Source: Lama glama (lineage: Eukaryota). Taken from it: a stretch of 64,000 bases of DNA. The stretch is from contig CM052816.1 of NCBI GenBank assembly GCA_028534125.1, positions 17,486,001 through 17,550,000 on the forward strand, given 5' to 3'. Below the pieces are notes generated by a model. It made no database searches. It saw only the letters and a list, made by a program, of their open reading frames with translations, and was not told where the DNA came from. Of the stretch, positions 24,711 through 38,859 are shown piece after piece (positions within the stretch are counted from its first letter, which is position 1; every line of letters starts with the position of its first letter). A program made the position numbers and the translations under genes.

Positions 24711-24889
24711 GCTTTCTCTGTCTCTTCCAGTGAGTGGTTGGTTTTGTATTTGCCTCCCAGTCTACTTCATTCATCTCTCTGTAATATTATTAAGCTTTCT
24801 GACAAGTGTGCATGTTTCTTCCCAGCCCTCATCCTTTGTAGACTCTCTTAACCTTTCCAGAACATTGTATATGAAATGAGAACAATTAA

Positions 24890-25150
24890 AGGCAACAGCT
24901 AACATTTATTAAGCCCCTGCTTAACAGTGCTAGACACTGTTCAAAGTGCTTTGCAGGTGTTTTTTTCATTTCATGCTCACAGTAGCCCCCTGAGGTCGAT
25001 GCTCCTATAAACCTCATTTTTTTCAGAGGAAACTGAGGCTGAAGCTAAATAACTTGCCCTGGGCCATACAGCTGGAAGGTGGCCGAGCTGGGCTTCTGAG
25101 CCATGCAGTCTGACCACAAGTCTGCTCTCTGACCAGTGCATCCTACACTT
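24890..25150 (-). mobile_element. MIR, near full length
   Basis: 'acagctaacatttattaagc...cagaggaaactgaggctgaagctaaataacttgccctgggccatacagct'. Confidence 0.88.
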
Positions 25151-25619
25151 CCCAGGGCTGTGGCCTGCAGGGGTCTGCCTGACCCAAGGAGGTCTTGTCA
25201 CCTAAGTGTGTCAGCTGTAGCCTTGTATGTGTCTAGTCACAGAGTTCCCCACGACCTGACAGCCTGGAAGTGCAGGGTACTGGTTGCTGCACAGTGGACG
25301 TGCTTCTGGGCCTCTCCGTGTTCTGTTTGTTTAGGAGAAAGGAGTGTGCTGGAAACAATTGGAGGAAGTTAGGAGACAACAAGGTCCTGCAGTGAAAAAT
25401 AAGAGGAAATAAACGTTTCTGTGAGGACTCGGGGGCAGCCCTGGTGGGAGGCTCTGGTGCCGGCACAGGGCACAGAGCACAGGGCCCTGCCAGGGACCTT
25501 CCCAGGAACTCTCCTGCCCACCACCGGTGAGGAGGTGCGGATGGGCTGGATGGGGAGTTACTCCCTCAGCAGGAAGGGGTCTTGCTTCTTGCTCTGCCTC
25601 CTGTCTGGGACTCAGGCAT

Positions 25620-25775
25620 GTCTCCTCTCTGGCTGAGCCTCAATTTCTTCATTTGCAAAATGTTGATGATACAGACAGTGGCCTCATGGGGAGTTTGAGA
25701 ACCCCAAGAGAGGATAAGATGTGAAAATGTCCTGGGAGTGATCCCATGCTACAGAAATGGTAGTAGTTTTTATTC
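25620..25775 (+). mobile_element. MIR fragment
   Basis: 'ctgagcctcaatttcttcatttgcaaaatg'. Confidence 0.6.
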
Positions 25776-26384
25776 GATCACAGAGAGGTTTGCTGGAAGA
25801 TACTTCTGAATTCATCTGAAGGTTTCATGTGTTGTCCCTCCACCTCGTTAGTCTGTGTAAGTGAGCCTTGGCTGCATTTTGCTGTTTCCAGGTTAGGTTG
25901 AAATTTTCTTAAAAGGCAACTCTGCTTTTCATAAAGCCTGGACACAGGAGCAGAACAAGGTGCAGGTCTGAGAGCACGCTGTGCCTTCTGGCCTAAGCCT
26001 TCCAGACTTGTTTCAATTGTGGTGGAATGCCAGCTACCTCACCCCTCTCCATCCCGCCCTTAACTTCACAGTTAGGGGAGTTTTATTACCAACAACGACA
26101 GCGTTTCAAGGGGCTGCCCCCAATAGCCACATCGTTAGTGAAGACATTTCTGGGAGTTTCTTTTTTCAGTGACTGTGTGCTCAAGTTCCCCATTGCTTTC
26201 CCCCTTTTCGATGTGAACACACATAATACCCAGCTGCCAATGTTTTGGTTGCAGATGTTTTAAAAGAGACTAGAAACTCTGTAGCTCTAGTCTCTTTGAG
26301 ATCTGCCTGAGCATCATACACCCTTCAAAAGATTTTCTGCTCAGGGAGGTGAAGTGTCCTAGAGCTCCCACGAGATGGATTGAT

Positions 26385-26890
26385 TAATTATTTCACTTAC
26401 TTGGCAAATATTTATGAGCTCTAATATGTGCCAGGGACTTTTATAGACACTGAGGAGACAGAAGTGAGTAAGACTGAAAAAGTCCCTGCTTTTCTAGGTT
26501 TTAAATTCTAACAGGGACTCAGACAATAACCCATGTATTTAGATAAGTTAGGATTTCTGGTAGAGCAGGGTAATGAGGTAGGTGTGTTGTTGTTGCATCC
26601 TCCTTCTGTGGGCACAAAACTTACATAAGAGTGCCCCGGAAGGTCTTACTAAAGAAATGAAAGTCAGGTGGAGGCAGCTGGGTTAAATCTGGAAAAAGCA
26701 TTCTAGGTGGAGGGAGCTGCATGTGCGGAAGCCCAGAGGTGGGATTGATCTTGGCATGTTTGAGGAATAGAATAGGAAGTGCTCTGTCTGGAGAGTGTTG
26801 AGTGAGCAGAGGTGTGGTGGAATAGGCAGGCAGTGTTTTACAGATCATGCAAGGCCCTGTAGACAGTATAAGGAGTTAGATTTTGCTTGA
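26385..26890 (-). mobile_element. L2
   Basis: 'caaatatttatgagctctaatatgtgccaggg', 'gcattctaggtggagggagctgcatgtgcggaagcccagagg', 'cagatcatgcaaggccctgtag'. Confidence 0.85.
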
Positions 26891-27489
26891 AATTAGAGAT
26901 CACCTTCTCTGCCCTTCAGGTTCAGGTGTAACAGGTAGAATCCCACAGAGTGCACTTTTCTGGGGGGGTCTTTGTGACCCTTTATTACCTGCCTGTCTGC
27001 TGGAGGCAGTCACCATGGTCCTCCCTGTGTGTGCAGGGATCCTCTGCCTGGAGCCTGGCCTTACCTGTTGGCTGATTGCACAGACTGGCTTTGTCTCCTG
27101 TAGGGTTGAGGCACAAGGGGAGGGGCAGGGGGTACTTGCTAAGCTCTACTCCTTGGCTCCCCTAAGTGCACTAAACTGACTAGTCCTTGGCTTGTTCCTT
27201 GACCTAGATTCTTTCTGGGGGCCTCACATCCAAGGGGCTTGTTCCCCTGCCAGGAAGATGGTTAAGCAGATGGGGTGGGGAGGTTCAGAAGAATCATAGT
27301 CAGTAACCTCCTCAGCTCTGCAGATGCAGGAGCCAGGCATCGCAGACTTCTGGAGCCTTTCCCTGTTCTCCAGCACAGGCTTTTCCCACTCTGGCCATCT
27401 TTAGGCCGCTTGGTATTAATCTTCCATATCATGTTTAAATGGACATGCTCAGGTGCTTTCAAAAACTGCCTGCTGTTGATGAATTAAAT

Positions 27490-27870
27490 TCACACTCTTA
27501 GCTTGGCCTTTAAGGCCCTTTACAATTTAGTCCTATTTACTGCCCCAGATTTGGCCCCTTAGACTTATTTATTTGCAGTCTGTAAATACCACTTGCACTT
27601 TCTGGCTGCATGCATTTGTGCAAGACAAACCCCTCTCCTAACACGTCTTTCTATTGTCCTAACACCCCAGGCACACATTGCATGTCTTGTTCCAAACCTG
27701 TCCCTCAAAGGAATCCTTTCCTGTTTGCTTTAGTTGATGAAGATCTTTCATATACCTCTAAACGGTTCAAGTGCTTACAGTTTTCAGTTGTAATGCCTCG
27801 CAAGATAGTTATTTTTTCTTTGTATCTCCCCCAGTGTACTATCAGCTCCTACAGAAAGCAGGTGCCTTAT
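27490..27870 (+). mobile_element. Diverged L2
   Basis: 'actcttagcttggcctttaaggccctttacaattt', 'tctttgtatctcccccagtg'. Confidence 0.55.
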
Positions 27871-30800
27871 TGATAATGGTGGTGGTATAAACCTCAGGGA
27901 TGGTAGAAATCTGTGAACAAGCTGGAAACCACATGCACCTCCATCAGGTCAGGCCTGGGAGTCTCTTCCAGGTGAAACAGTCCAAAAAAAGGGAGCAGCA
28001 TTGCTTAAATTTGCAGGTATTCCTGGTCATCTTTATAAATAATTTTCAAAAGGAGTCCTTGCTGAAATATCTCCTCAGAACTACAACTGTGAGGAATGAT
28101 GATCTCACCCATAGCCTTCAGTTAGCCTCTCTCCCTTGTAGAGTGCAAGGACATCTTGCTCTCGGAACCAGCTCGTCACTGATGGAAAAACTCCCTCAAG
28201 GCTTGGACTTGGAGGTGCCCTTCTTGTGTGAGGAGGAAGGTCAATTCTAGAGTTGGAGTTGGTTGAGCCTGGTCACAGGAACTGTCTTGTTGCTTCTGGC
28301 ATTGATTTGATTAATGTTCTTGTCTCAGACCTCAGGGAGCTTCCCCTGCTCTTGAATTCAGTAATGAGTCTTGTTTTCAGGTGGCTACAGGATACATACC
28401 TCCATATCCCCTCATCTTGTTCACCCTTCTTGTTCACCATGCAGTCACCAACACACTCATTTGGTACAGGACGTTTAACCTGGGCTGCCTGCTCACATTG
28501 CGTTGTGTGTGCAGCTTCAGTGAAGAATGACATGACATGGTCAGAATTTGAGGAACACACACTCTTCCCTTTTTGTGTGTATTCTGTTTCTCTGTTCATA
28601 ACATCATTTCACTTAGGTACAACCAAGTTGGTGGTCTACCCTTATGGGCTGAGAAGATAGTAAAACCATCAAAATCAGCTTTCTCTAATACTTATTTTGG
28701 CATCAGCATTTCTGAGTATTAGAAATAGTATTTTGTATTATTTTGGGGGCTAATCAGTATGCTTTCATTTAGTGGTCAAGTGTTTTGTATCCACAGATCG
28801 CACATGTTTTTTCAAAGGGATAAGAAGATATACTCAAGAACATTAGTTGTTTTCCTATAGCTTATTGGTAAAAGCCAAAAGCCAAGGAATGGAACTCTTA
28901 CCACAGGAGAAATTTAGATGGAGGAAAATGAGATACTTGAACAACAGAAATGTTTCCCAAATTTCATAGCGCATGAGTTCTTACTATAAAAACTTGACTG
29001 AAGGCCAAGACTCATGGACTTTTCCATAAGGAATGGGTTATTTTCCAAATTGAAGGCATCTAGGCCCAAAGATGTTGCCTCAGGCAATGTTTAGTATTTT
29101 TCTGTCTTTTAAAAATTATCTTTCCTATTGCAAAGGTAATATATATGCACTGTAGGAAATTTAGAAAATAAAGTTAACTCTTGATTTTTTTTTTTCTGAA
29201 ACTCTTCCAGACTTGTCAAAATAACCTGATCTTGTAGCCATTTTTTTGGGAAATACTGACCAACATTTGTGACTTCTTCAGGAATACTTGACTGGCTCAG
29301 TGCCTATGTCTTGAACATCACAGAAAAGTGACTGTTTACATAGGTCATTTGCCAGGTTCAGCTCACCCATGTCGTCCTCCCTCTGAAATGTGAGGCTCTG
29401 ACCTGTGTAAGAGAATTCAGCCTAATCTAGAATGAGGAGTCCCTGGAATGATGATGCTTAGTTTTCAAAGAAACAGTCTCTCTTTAGAAGACACCTCACC
29501 ATTTCTCTAAGTACCTGCTTGTCTTTCCTGGTAATGCCATGCCTGACTGCCACTGTTGTCTTTGTTTTCAGTAACCACAGAACAGAAGTGAGTCATTTCT
29601 GCGGCTTTTCTCATTTCGTGCCCTTTGGTGTATCCCCCACTTGCAGCTCCTACTTTGTTCAGAACTGAAGGATATTTATCTTGTTCGAGGCACAAATTCC
29701 TCTTTTTGTTTCACTGAGAAAATTAGAAAAGCCAACCTGTTTTTATTGAAATAAAAGGGTCGTGGTAATTCTGTGAATGTGGGCCCCAAGTGTTTTTTAA
29801 CTTTTCAGTTTTGCGCACAGTAGGTACTCAACCATGGCTGGTTGAATTACTGAATTATACATCAACACGTCCTTATTGGTTTATTTCTTTGATATAGAGC
29901 TGTCATGCTGCATAACTCCTGGGCCATCTTTCACATGCATAATCCTGCCTGTGTGGCTGAATGTAGGAGCCTTGTCTAGAAGCTGGGGTCAATCCAGGGT
30001 ATGAGGTTTGAGTAGCTTCTTGATTCTTAGTATGGTTTTAACAATCTCCATGAGATGCATTGGGTTGGAATATTTGGGAAGTGCCGTATTCTCCCACTGC
30101 CCGACACTGAGATGACCCATTTGTCTACTTGAGCCTAGAAACATTGTATTCTGCTCAAGCTCACCCTGCATGGATAGACTTTATCTAAATTCCAATCCAT
30201 GCCAGCACTGCTTCCACTTCATATCACTCTTCTCCAACCCATTCATGTCTATTTTCTCTTTGATCTTCCTCTGAAAAATTCATAAGTACCTCTGCAGGTA
30301 TCTGCTTATGTGTGGGTTTCTGCTCAGAACCAGCCATATATGAAACTCCTCCTTGATGGTGAAGCCTCATCTTACCTAGTGATTTCCCCATGAGTTGCTC
30401 TTGAATTTCCATTTTCTCTCTCCTAGATATCAAGTTAAACTGAAAAGCCCTGGACCATTAAGTGGAATGAGTGGTGGAAAGACACTTGTAACTCGGCAGC
30501 CTGCAGACTTATTTCAAATTTATTGACTAGCCTCTTGAAACAAAGGTTAATATGCCAACTAGCAGATGTACAGTAGTTGGTATTGTGTTAACAATGAATT
30601 TCTTCTGTAGATGTCAAACTATCTTGTGTAGAAGTAGACTATTTGATATCATTATTGTAGTCTCATAGATGAAATAAATTTTACACAGATTTACTATTGG
30701 CTTTAGGTGGCCATTACTGTTTAGGTCCACCATGCCATCTGTGGCAGACTTCTGTTGTAGTTCCTCTAGATCATCATTTTACTGGTTGGTTATGGGCTCT

Positions 30801-32224
30801 TGCCCCATCATTCATCATTATCTCCTTGAGGACAAGAGTAGTCTCTTCTCATATACATTCCCAGTGGTGATAATTATGCCAGAACAATTCTGTTTAATAA
30901 GTGTTTGTTGATTGAAAAAAATATATCAAAACTGTTAAGCCAGTGGGTCAGAACATCTTTGGGTGTTTGGGTATGAAGATACCATCTGGGATCAGGAGTC
31001 ACTGAGATTCTTATTGTTTCCAATATGGTTGGAGAATCAGAGGGAAGGCATTAAGGGGTACATTGCCTCTCAATTTACTGAATGGGGAGAAGAAATCATA
31101 TTAGTACATATTAAAAGATGTGCAAGCAGCTACATAAATTGTGATGCATGAGTTATTGGTTATGTTAGTTTTGTAGTTCTATACAATTAGAATTTTCCCT
31201 CCTGACAAAATGAGAACTATGAACACTGGAATGGGCAGGAATCACCAGTGTCTGAAGATTAGGAGAAGAAATTGAGTATCAAGCAACAGTGCAGATAAGG
31301 ACCACGGACAGCCACCAGCCACAAGGTTTCTCAGGCTCCTCATATGACCAGTATAGTGTATTAAATTAGACTGGGAAAATAAACTAGTCTTTGAATTTTA
31401 AGCCATGAAGAAAGTTGGTGGCCACCAGGAAGGATTGATCCTATTTCAAGAGTGAATCCTCTGAATGTCTCCAGCTTCTGGGGCTACAGATGCTACAGCT
31501 AAGGAGCAACCTGTTGCTGTGGATCACATGAGCACACACCCTCATGAAAGGTGTTTTCTGCTGCTCCAGGCCATCACAGGGTGGTGACTTCGGCCACCTC
31601 TTTAGCATTGTTCATTTAGGCTCTGTGAAGCAGTTTTTCCTGTCATATACCCTGTTAAGCCAGCATGGGCCTGGTCTTCTAGGAGACATGCTCGGTATTC
31701 TGAGAGCACCTATCTTGGTTTGATTCAGGTAGCACAGTGTCTATAGTGCTGCCCTGGAAACACAACCATCTGTAGAAAGGATCATTCCTTCTTGATGAGT
31801 TACTGTGAGACTCAAGACAAGTCCCTTCACTTAGTCTGGCCACTCATCCCTCTTAGTTGGAGAAAATAACTTCTTATTGCCCTTAAAATAAGGTAATATC
31901 TGTGACTAGACCCAGATCCTTTGAGGAAATATGCTTTGGAAGGTGGGAGTGAAGCAGTGTTGTCATGATGAAAAATGGGTGCATTCTCTCGTGTAAGATG
32001 CAAAATCTGTTGTTAATGCTTCAAAACTCAGCATCATTTCTCCACAACTTGCAGCTAAATGAACTCATAATACAAAGGTGTAAGAATTGACTATGAATCT
32101 GAAAAACCTCTTTAAGACAATGGTGCTACAGTTAGTTTGGAAATAAGGGATTGTTTTCTTGTGTATTATTTTCTCTGGGTTAAAAAAAGAAACAGATTTA
32201 TGCTTTATCTTCAAGTGCTCCAAA

Positions 32225-32500
32225 TTATGTGTGACAGCTCTTCAAAAAGCTGGTCTCTAAAGGCAAAAAACCAAACTCTTGGCATATATATGATTTGACA
32301 GAATTCTTGGCCTGGGATTGTAGAAGAGCTGTCATTTATTGCTGTAATTCAGCAATTGTGATTAATTGTTCAAGGGCCTTCATTGTACTTTGCCAAAACA
32401 AAATTAAGGGAAAACAACATTCTCATCATGCAAATCATGTTACTTTCATGTATATTAATCCTTCCATGGAGGAATCACTATCCACTCTTAAATGAGAGTG
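32225..32500. promoter_or_regulatory. Candidate conserved developmental enhancer
   Basis: non-repeat; clustered TGACAG/CTGTCA, TGATTAAT (32359-32366), CATTGT (32381-32386), ATGCAAAT (32428-32435); motif evidence only. Confidence 0.4.
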
Positions 32501-35500
32501 CTAGTCACTGTGAACCCTTCTCAAACATTGGTGGGAGAAATCATTTTGAATTTTTCTAAGGAACTCACCTCATTATCCCAGCAAGTTAGATCTCTTTGTT
32601 TACCTCCCCGACATCACAGACTTCTGAGGTGTTTCTATGGGTTTACAGGGATGTGACCTTGGCTTCAGAGTCTACTGGCCATGTAAAGCAGATTTTAAAT
32701 GCTCCTTCCTGTGATTGTTATTGAACCACCTCTAAGCAGTAGGTCAGTGATTCTCTGAATGTGTTTTCCACTCCCCTAGGTATTTTGGAGGGTCTTTGTA
32801 GTTGAATCCACTTTGGTGATTCCAATGTTGGTGTTTCTGTCTCTTTCTGAATTCTCATAAACACCTATCCACACCCAGGTTTTGCATGTCATATAAGCAA
32901 ACCTCAAGCTGTACAGATTGGACCATATTAACTGGAACAAAGATGATCCTATTTTATCCTTCACTATTCTCACCTACTCTATCTTTGAATATAGTGGATG
33001 GACTCAGATTTTGTTTCCCTTATATTCTCTTTTCCTGATTCCAAATAGTATCTGTCTTCTATTTTTGCTTGTGACAGCCTTTTGAATCATAGTATATACC
33101 ATTAGGGAACATGGTATGTGTTTGTACTAATCCATACACAAACAGTTAAATTTAGTTTGGAAAAGTGAAACCCAGGGGTCATCTTAGACTTTTTTAAGAC
33201 CTGGATTTTTCATTTAGTTTATCACTCCATTCCCCCATGTCCTCTCTCAGCAAAACAGGGCAAAATAAAATACACAGTGACATCTTCATCCCTCCTCAGT
33301 CTGCTTCCTAAATGCATCACTGTAGTCCTGTAGGTATCTGTGGTGCAGTGGTTAAGCTTTATTTCTCAGGAACCTCACTGTGAACTGTCCGTGGTGCTGA
33401 AAGGCTTACAAGAAAACAATTCTTGAGCTAGAATGCAGTCTCATATGAAATCAAACTTTTGCTCCTTGAACTTAGCTTTAGATTCCCATGGATGGGTTTG
33501 CCATACTGAAAGAAGCAGAGAATTAAGGATAATTATTTTACTGGCTTGAGCCAAACTAATGTTTTTTTTCTTTCAGTACATGGATATTTTGGTTTTAAGT
33601 TCTCTTGGCTCTAGATATCAGGGGAGTTTCTCACTTTTGGGCTGTTTCTGGTGGATACAGCTCATGTTTTCATTTTCCCTTTCTTGTTGCTACCCCAGAG
33701 GATCACAGAGAGCATACAGGGAATTGCCAATTATTTTTAATAAGAGGTGTGTGTGAAGCAGTGTCTCATTCTGAATTCCCTGCACTGCTTTTTAGTGGAA
33801 TCAGGGGGTTTGGGATGTGCTTCTGATGCTGTTTGTGTTGACAGTGAATTCCATAGTTATTTTCTGGCAGACCCAAATGGACTCTGGTTTTGAATTTTAT
33901 TTCAGAAGCTTGCTTTCTTTTCATAAGCAAACCAACTAGGTGTGACATTTGAGGAAAAGACAATCCACCTAATGAAGGTAAAGAACACTATATGGTGGAA
34001 AGGGATTTAAAAAATTAAATAATCTGCAACTTCTCTTTTCCTAAAACTCAGATTCATAGCTTGAAGGTGTCCTGGATTTGTAGGCTACTAGTGCCCTAGA
34101 AGATTCTTAGGAAGCAAGGGAAGGCTTTCTTTTTCACCTATATACCTGTGCTACTTTGATACCAACACCAGGATCAAAAGTGATATTCAATTATATATAT
34201 ATATTTTTATAGCTGGTCCCTCTAACAGCCAACAGTGCCATAGGAAAAACAGACATAGGATAAATAATTGCCTATGTTAGTACATGGATGCCATGTCAGT
34301 AAAGAGTAGCAGTTTGTTTGCAGTTGAAATGCTAGTCATAAGAGTACAAATGCCATTGTCAGAACTATGTCCTGCGAATTTTTTTTCCCACTAAGAATTA
34401 TATGGATGTTGAATGGGGCATGTCACCCATGCACATTACAATCTCAGTTATTAGGATTTCTCCTAGACATATCCAAAGTAAAAAGGGAGAGTTTTCCCAA
34501 AACCATTAGGTTGCAAACCTTGATTCAGATCCATTCCCAAGTGGCAGTAGGCAATAGCCAACTCAAATGGAAGAAAGGATGACTAAGTTACATGGAGTTA
34601 AGAAAGCCCCACCCTTTCCAAAATGACAGCTTCATAATAACTTGGCAAAACACTGTTTTCCTTTATTTTTTTGTCTGTGCGACACTAAAACACCAAAACT
34701 GATACAAAAATAGATTTCTTTGACAAAAGCTTGTCTCATCAGAATACCACTGTTGTGATATAAAAAGCACATCTCATAGTGGTAAGATTATGTACTGCAA
34801 ATATAGATCATTAGATCTTGGTTTATTTTACAAACCACATTTTCAAGGTTCTCTATTGTTAGTGATCTAAAATTAGTAATTATTATAGTGTCTGAAATTA
34901 CCCTAATCTGTAGAATTAGAAAACATATATGCGTATTTACTTAGCTAAAAAGTGATAGGACTCACTGAAGGGAACTCATATAAATGGATGATGCAAATCA
35001 GTGGATTCTGCTGGCAGCATTTCATACAAACCAGAATTAATGTGCTGCAATAGAATTAAGATTTCAAATGGAGGCATAAAATGTATGTGCAGGACCAAAC
35101 ACTGCCTGAATGGGCTAAATCCAGTTTTTATTTCTACAAAGATCAAGGGAGAGAGGTTTACCAAGATGATGATTGTTAAATATTCAAATGAGAACTGTAT
35201 TTCAGTGGATGTTGGAGGGAACGCACATTAGCTGGATTAGTAAAGATCTTTCATATTACTTTGAGGTACATTTCAAGAGTCTGTTGATGCTTAATGTAAT
35301 TCCTCTGTGTTTATTGTCATGAAAGAATGAAGGAGAACAAGAGATGACAGATGTCCTGCAGAGTTAAATACGGTGTAAAAAGTACCATGATAGCATTGTG
35401 TTCACCCCTGCTAAGGCTGAAACATGAGTTTGGGGCAGGATGGAAAATGTGCATTGTGAGAAGTCACTTTTTAAAATTTCTGCATTGTGCTGGAGTGTTT

Positions 35501-35739
35501 GGGGTAAGTAGAGATGTAGTGGATCAAGTGTGCATTTTGACTGCAAGGAGCATACAGTATAGTAAGGCTGGTACCTGAATCAGAAAGAGGGTGTGGTTCT
35601 GTTGTAGAATAAGGATCAAGGAGGGACAGGGGACCTTGCCCCTAGCCTGTGGCTTTCCTAAAGTTCTGAAGAGTCCTGGGCAGTGTGGGTCTGTTTCTAG
35701 ACTGGGCCAAGGGTGGGGTTGTCAGTGGCTTCAGAACCA

Positions 35740-36120
35740 CAGAGCTTCTGCCCTGGGAGAAAGCGGGGCACTGTTACGGGCAGTGGGCAGGAGAATGCTG
35801 TGGCCACTCTTGCCTGGGAGAGATTAATCTGACATGGGCGGGCAGGGTGGATGAGGGAGAGAAGAGCCTGGAAGAGGGGAGAGTAGTTGGAAGGGTATTT
35901 TAATAAACCAGGAGGGAGAGAGAGCAGCGAGCAGCCACAGTGGGGATGGAGAGGAAGCTGTGAATGCAGGGTTGGAATAGAACTGACAGTGCCTGACAGC
36001 TTTCAGTGTGGTGGAGGTGGGGCTTGTGGGTGGAGAGGGTCTATGATTTCCAGTCCAAGTAATGGGGAAGATAGTGATGCCATTATCGGGAACGGGAGAG
36101 TAGGTTTGGGAGAAAAGGTG
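35740..36120 (-). mobile_element. Diverged L2
   Basis: purine-rich antisense L2 pattern 'gagattaatctgac...aatagaactgacagtgcctg'. Confidence 0.5.
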
Positions 36121-36139
36121 AATATTGTGAAAACAGAGC

Positions 36140-36284
36140 CTGAGACTGTGTACATAATTTGTTGGACCAAGTGCAAGGCCTCCTTTTTAAAAAAGACTTT
36201 CCAGGTGGCAATAGCAGGGGATGGCCCTTCTAAGCATGGACTCTGGGGGAATGCATAGATTGCTCACCCACGAAGTTGGCCCTG
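36140..36284 (-). mobile_element. MER45A-like (hAT-Tip100) MITE
   Basis: 'tacataatttgttggaccaagtgcaa...ggcccttctaagc...cacccacgaagttggccctg'. Confidence 0.75.
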
Positions 36285-38859
36285 ATTGAACCAGAGGTGC
36301 TGAGATGCAGGTGCACCCCGCACCCTCCCTGGGCACCTGCTCGCATGTCTGGGAATGTCTGAGGAAGGGAGCAAAGCAGGGCAGCATGCACTGGTGCAGG
36401 TGCTGCAGGGCTGGAACCATGGCTGAGAAGAACCAGAATCAACAGCAGTTTCTGAGTAGAACTGAGTCCATTCTATCCCAGTTTTTGGTGATAAGCTCAT
36501 TAGCAGAGGTGATTAATTCTTCAGAATATGTGGGGACCCAGAAGTCCTCTGATAAATATTTGTCTCAGTTGAAATTTGAATAAAAACTCTTAAAGCGAAG
36601 AGCTCTCCACACTAGCATCTCACTCTCCCATGTGTATTGCTTGAAGATTCTCTGGGCGCTTTTGTGTTGGGGGAAGAAGATACCTTTTTTTCCTGAATGT
36701 CTACCATATTTGTGTGAGACACAGTCTTCTAGGAGTGTTTGTGAATGCTACCTTATTTAATATTTGGATGTGGGCATTACTACTGGATTGCACAGATATA
36801 AAATTGAGGTCTAGAGAGGCAAGAGACTCTGCCACCTCACAGCTACCAGTTAGCAAAATCCATCTCTGCGTGATGCTGCCCTCCTTTGCTGGTCAAGAAA
36901 ACAAATAGGCTGCTCAGGATTTTTAAAAAAGTTGTAGCAGAGCTAACGTTAAAACGATTTTCTGAGGGAATTGACTGGTATTTGGATGCAGGACCTAGGG
37001 AGAGGAGAAGAGAGGCTGAGAATGTTCTGGAGTGAAAATCGCAGTCAGGTGGTACCACCTCTGACAAAGTGGCCCAGGAGGCCTGTGGTCTGCTGGAGAA
37101 CTCGGCTGTCTTTTTATATCACTGGGAAAAAGTGTTTGGCCCTGGGGTCAGTTGAAGAGAAATCATTTTCCAGTTGGTGGATTTTGTTCAGTCAGCTGGC
37201 TGGAAGGAGCAGTGGGACAGCTGGTCCTCAGGCACCCTTGGGGCCCAAACCAGGCTTCCTCCTCCTGACTTCTCAGCTGCTCGTGCCTGGGAGCAGGGCC
37301 TGAGTGAAGGGGATCATTGGAAGGCTGTGAAAGAGAACTCAGCACTCAAACAGAAAGGGCTGTCTCACTGCCCTGGGTGCCCAGCTGACAACTCGGGGAA
37401 ATCAGGTCTCAGGCCAGATTCCTGCTGCACATCAGACCTTCCTGCCCGGGGCCTGGCTCTCCCTAATAGGGGCCCTGCAGGATCTGAATGAGGAGTGCTG
37501 GGAGAGGGTAGAAAAGCAGAACAGCTGCCAAATGCTGGATGTGTTTGTATGAAGTGTCGGCTAAATCTGTGAATGTCAGAACAACGGAGAACCTGATTGT
37601 TTCAGAATCTGAAATCCGTCATTGAATTAATTCTAAATTAGTGGTTCACGTTGACTGATAGGAAAAATAGGTCTTAAACACACGGCTGTTTGAAAACTTA
37701 GAAGTTCAAGGGTGTCTCACTTGGAAAATTTTTAAAAACATGTCTGATTTTTTTCACTCACTTGCACATTAACTTAGCTGTGTTTGGATGCTCTGTGGTG
37801 GCTGTGCCTGGTGGAAAGGGGTCTGCGGAGTCCCAGCTGCACTGGCCCAAGTGCGGAGAGGCTCAGGTGGCCTTTACAAGGGTTTGGGGATCTTGGGCTG
37901 CACTTCACAGTGGAATTCATCCATCCAATTTTCCTCATCGCAGGGGACCTGAAGGAACTGCCAGGTTTCTAATCAACTGATGTTTGGACAGTGCCTTGAT
38001 CTTGGAGTGAGTGCCTCTCCATAGCATGAACATGAGGTCAGGTGTGGTTCTTATTGTGATGCCAGTGAGCTTGTATTTATTTATTTAGTACTAGTGCTTA
38101 AGGCCTGCTTGATGTGAGAAACTAAATGTGAATATTAGGGAAAAGCAGGCATTAGGCTCCTGTCTTTTGAGCATAGACAGATTATGTCAGAGTTATTAGT
38201 GTTTCTGGCTGGCCGTTCAGAGGTGGGTTAAGTTTATTTAGGAATTTTTTACAGGCCTAGGTGGAATCCTTGTCATTCCTCTTACAGGTTTGGGTGGCAG
38301 GCTCACAGATGCCTGACTAGGTGGACAAGGATGGGGTGGGAAGATGTTTCCCACCTCTGGACCTCAGATCCCTGGCTGTGGTGGTGGTGGGTGATTTCAG
38401 GTCTTTTACTCCTTATGCCTGCCAAGCTTCGCTTATTTTATTTATATATGTTAGAGGATGCTATGGATGTAATCCAATACCAATTTACTTTAAACGTTTC
38501 TGAATTATTAGTAGCTTTTTGTCACTGTGTACTTTTTTAAAGATTTTCTTTTTTGATGTTTAAAGGAGTCTCCTTGTACAACAAACAAAAACCACCAAAT
38601 GGGGACCTCTGGTTTAGGGGAAAGCTATCACTCCTGATGCTGGGACCTGACAGCGCATTTTAGGAAGTACCAGGATGTTCCTCCAGTACAGTCTTCTCCT
38701 TGCTGCTGAAGGTCTTTCTCATCTCTTTCCCTCCTTTTCTCCACCTTAGGGAAGAAGGAGGATAGTTTATGTTAGGAAACAGTAAAGAAATTAGTCTGAC
38801 CTTTTGGTTCAAAACAGGTGTTTCTAATTATGAGAATCTAGAAGAATCATTGCCACATT

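Noticed and set aside
28090..28190. ATGATGA...CTGA spaced like a C/D snoRNA
   Set aside because: No terminal stem, no D'/C' boxes and no recognisable rRNA guide
27900..28660. Adjacent 116/135/108-aa ORFs in non-repeat sequence
   Set aside because: No recognisable protein similarity or consistent splice sites; lengths compatible with chance
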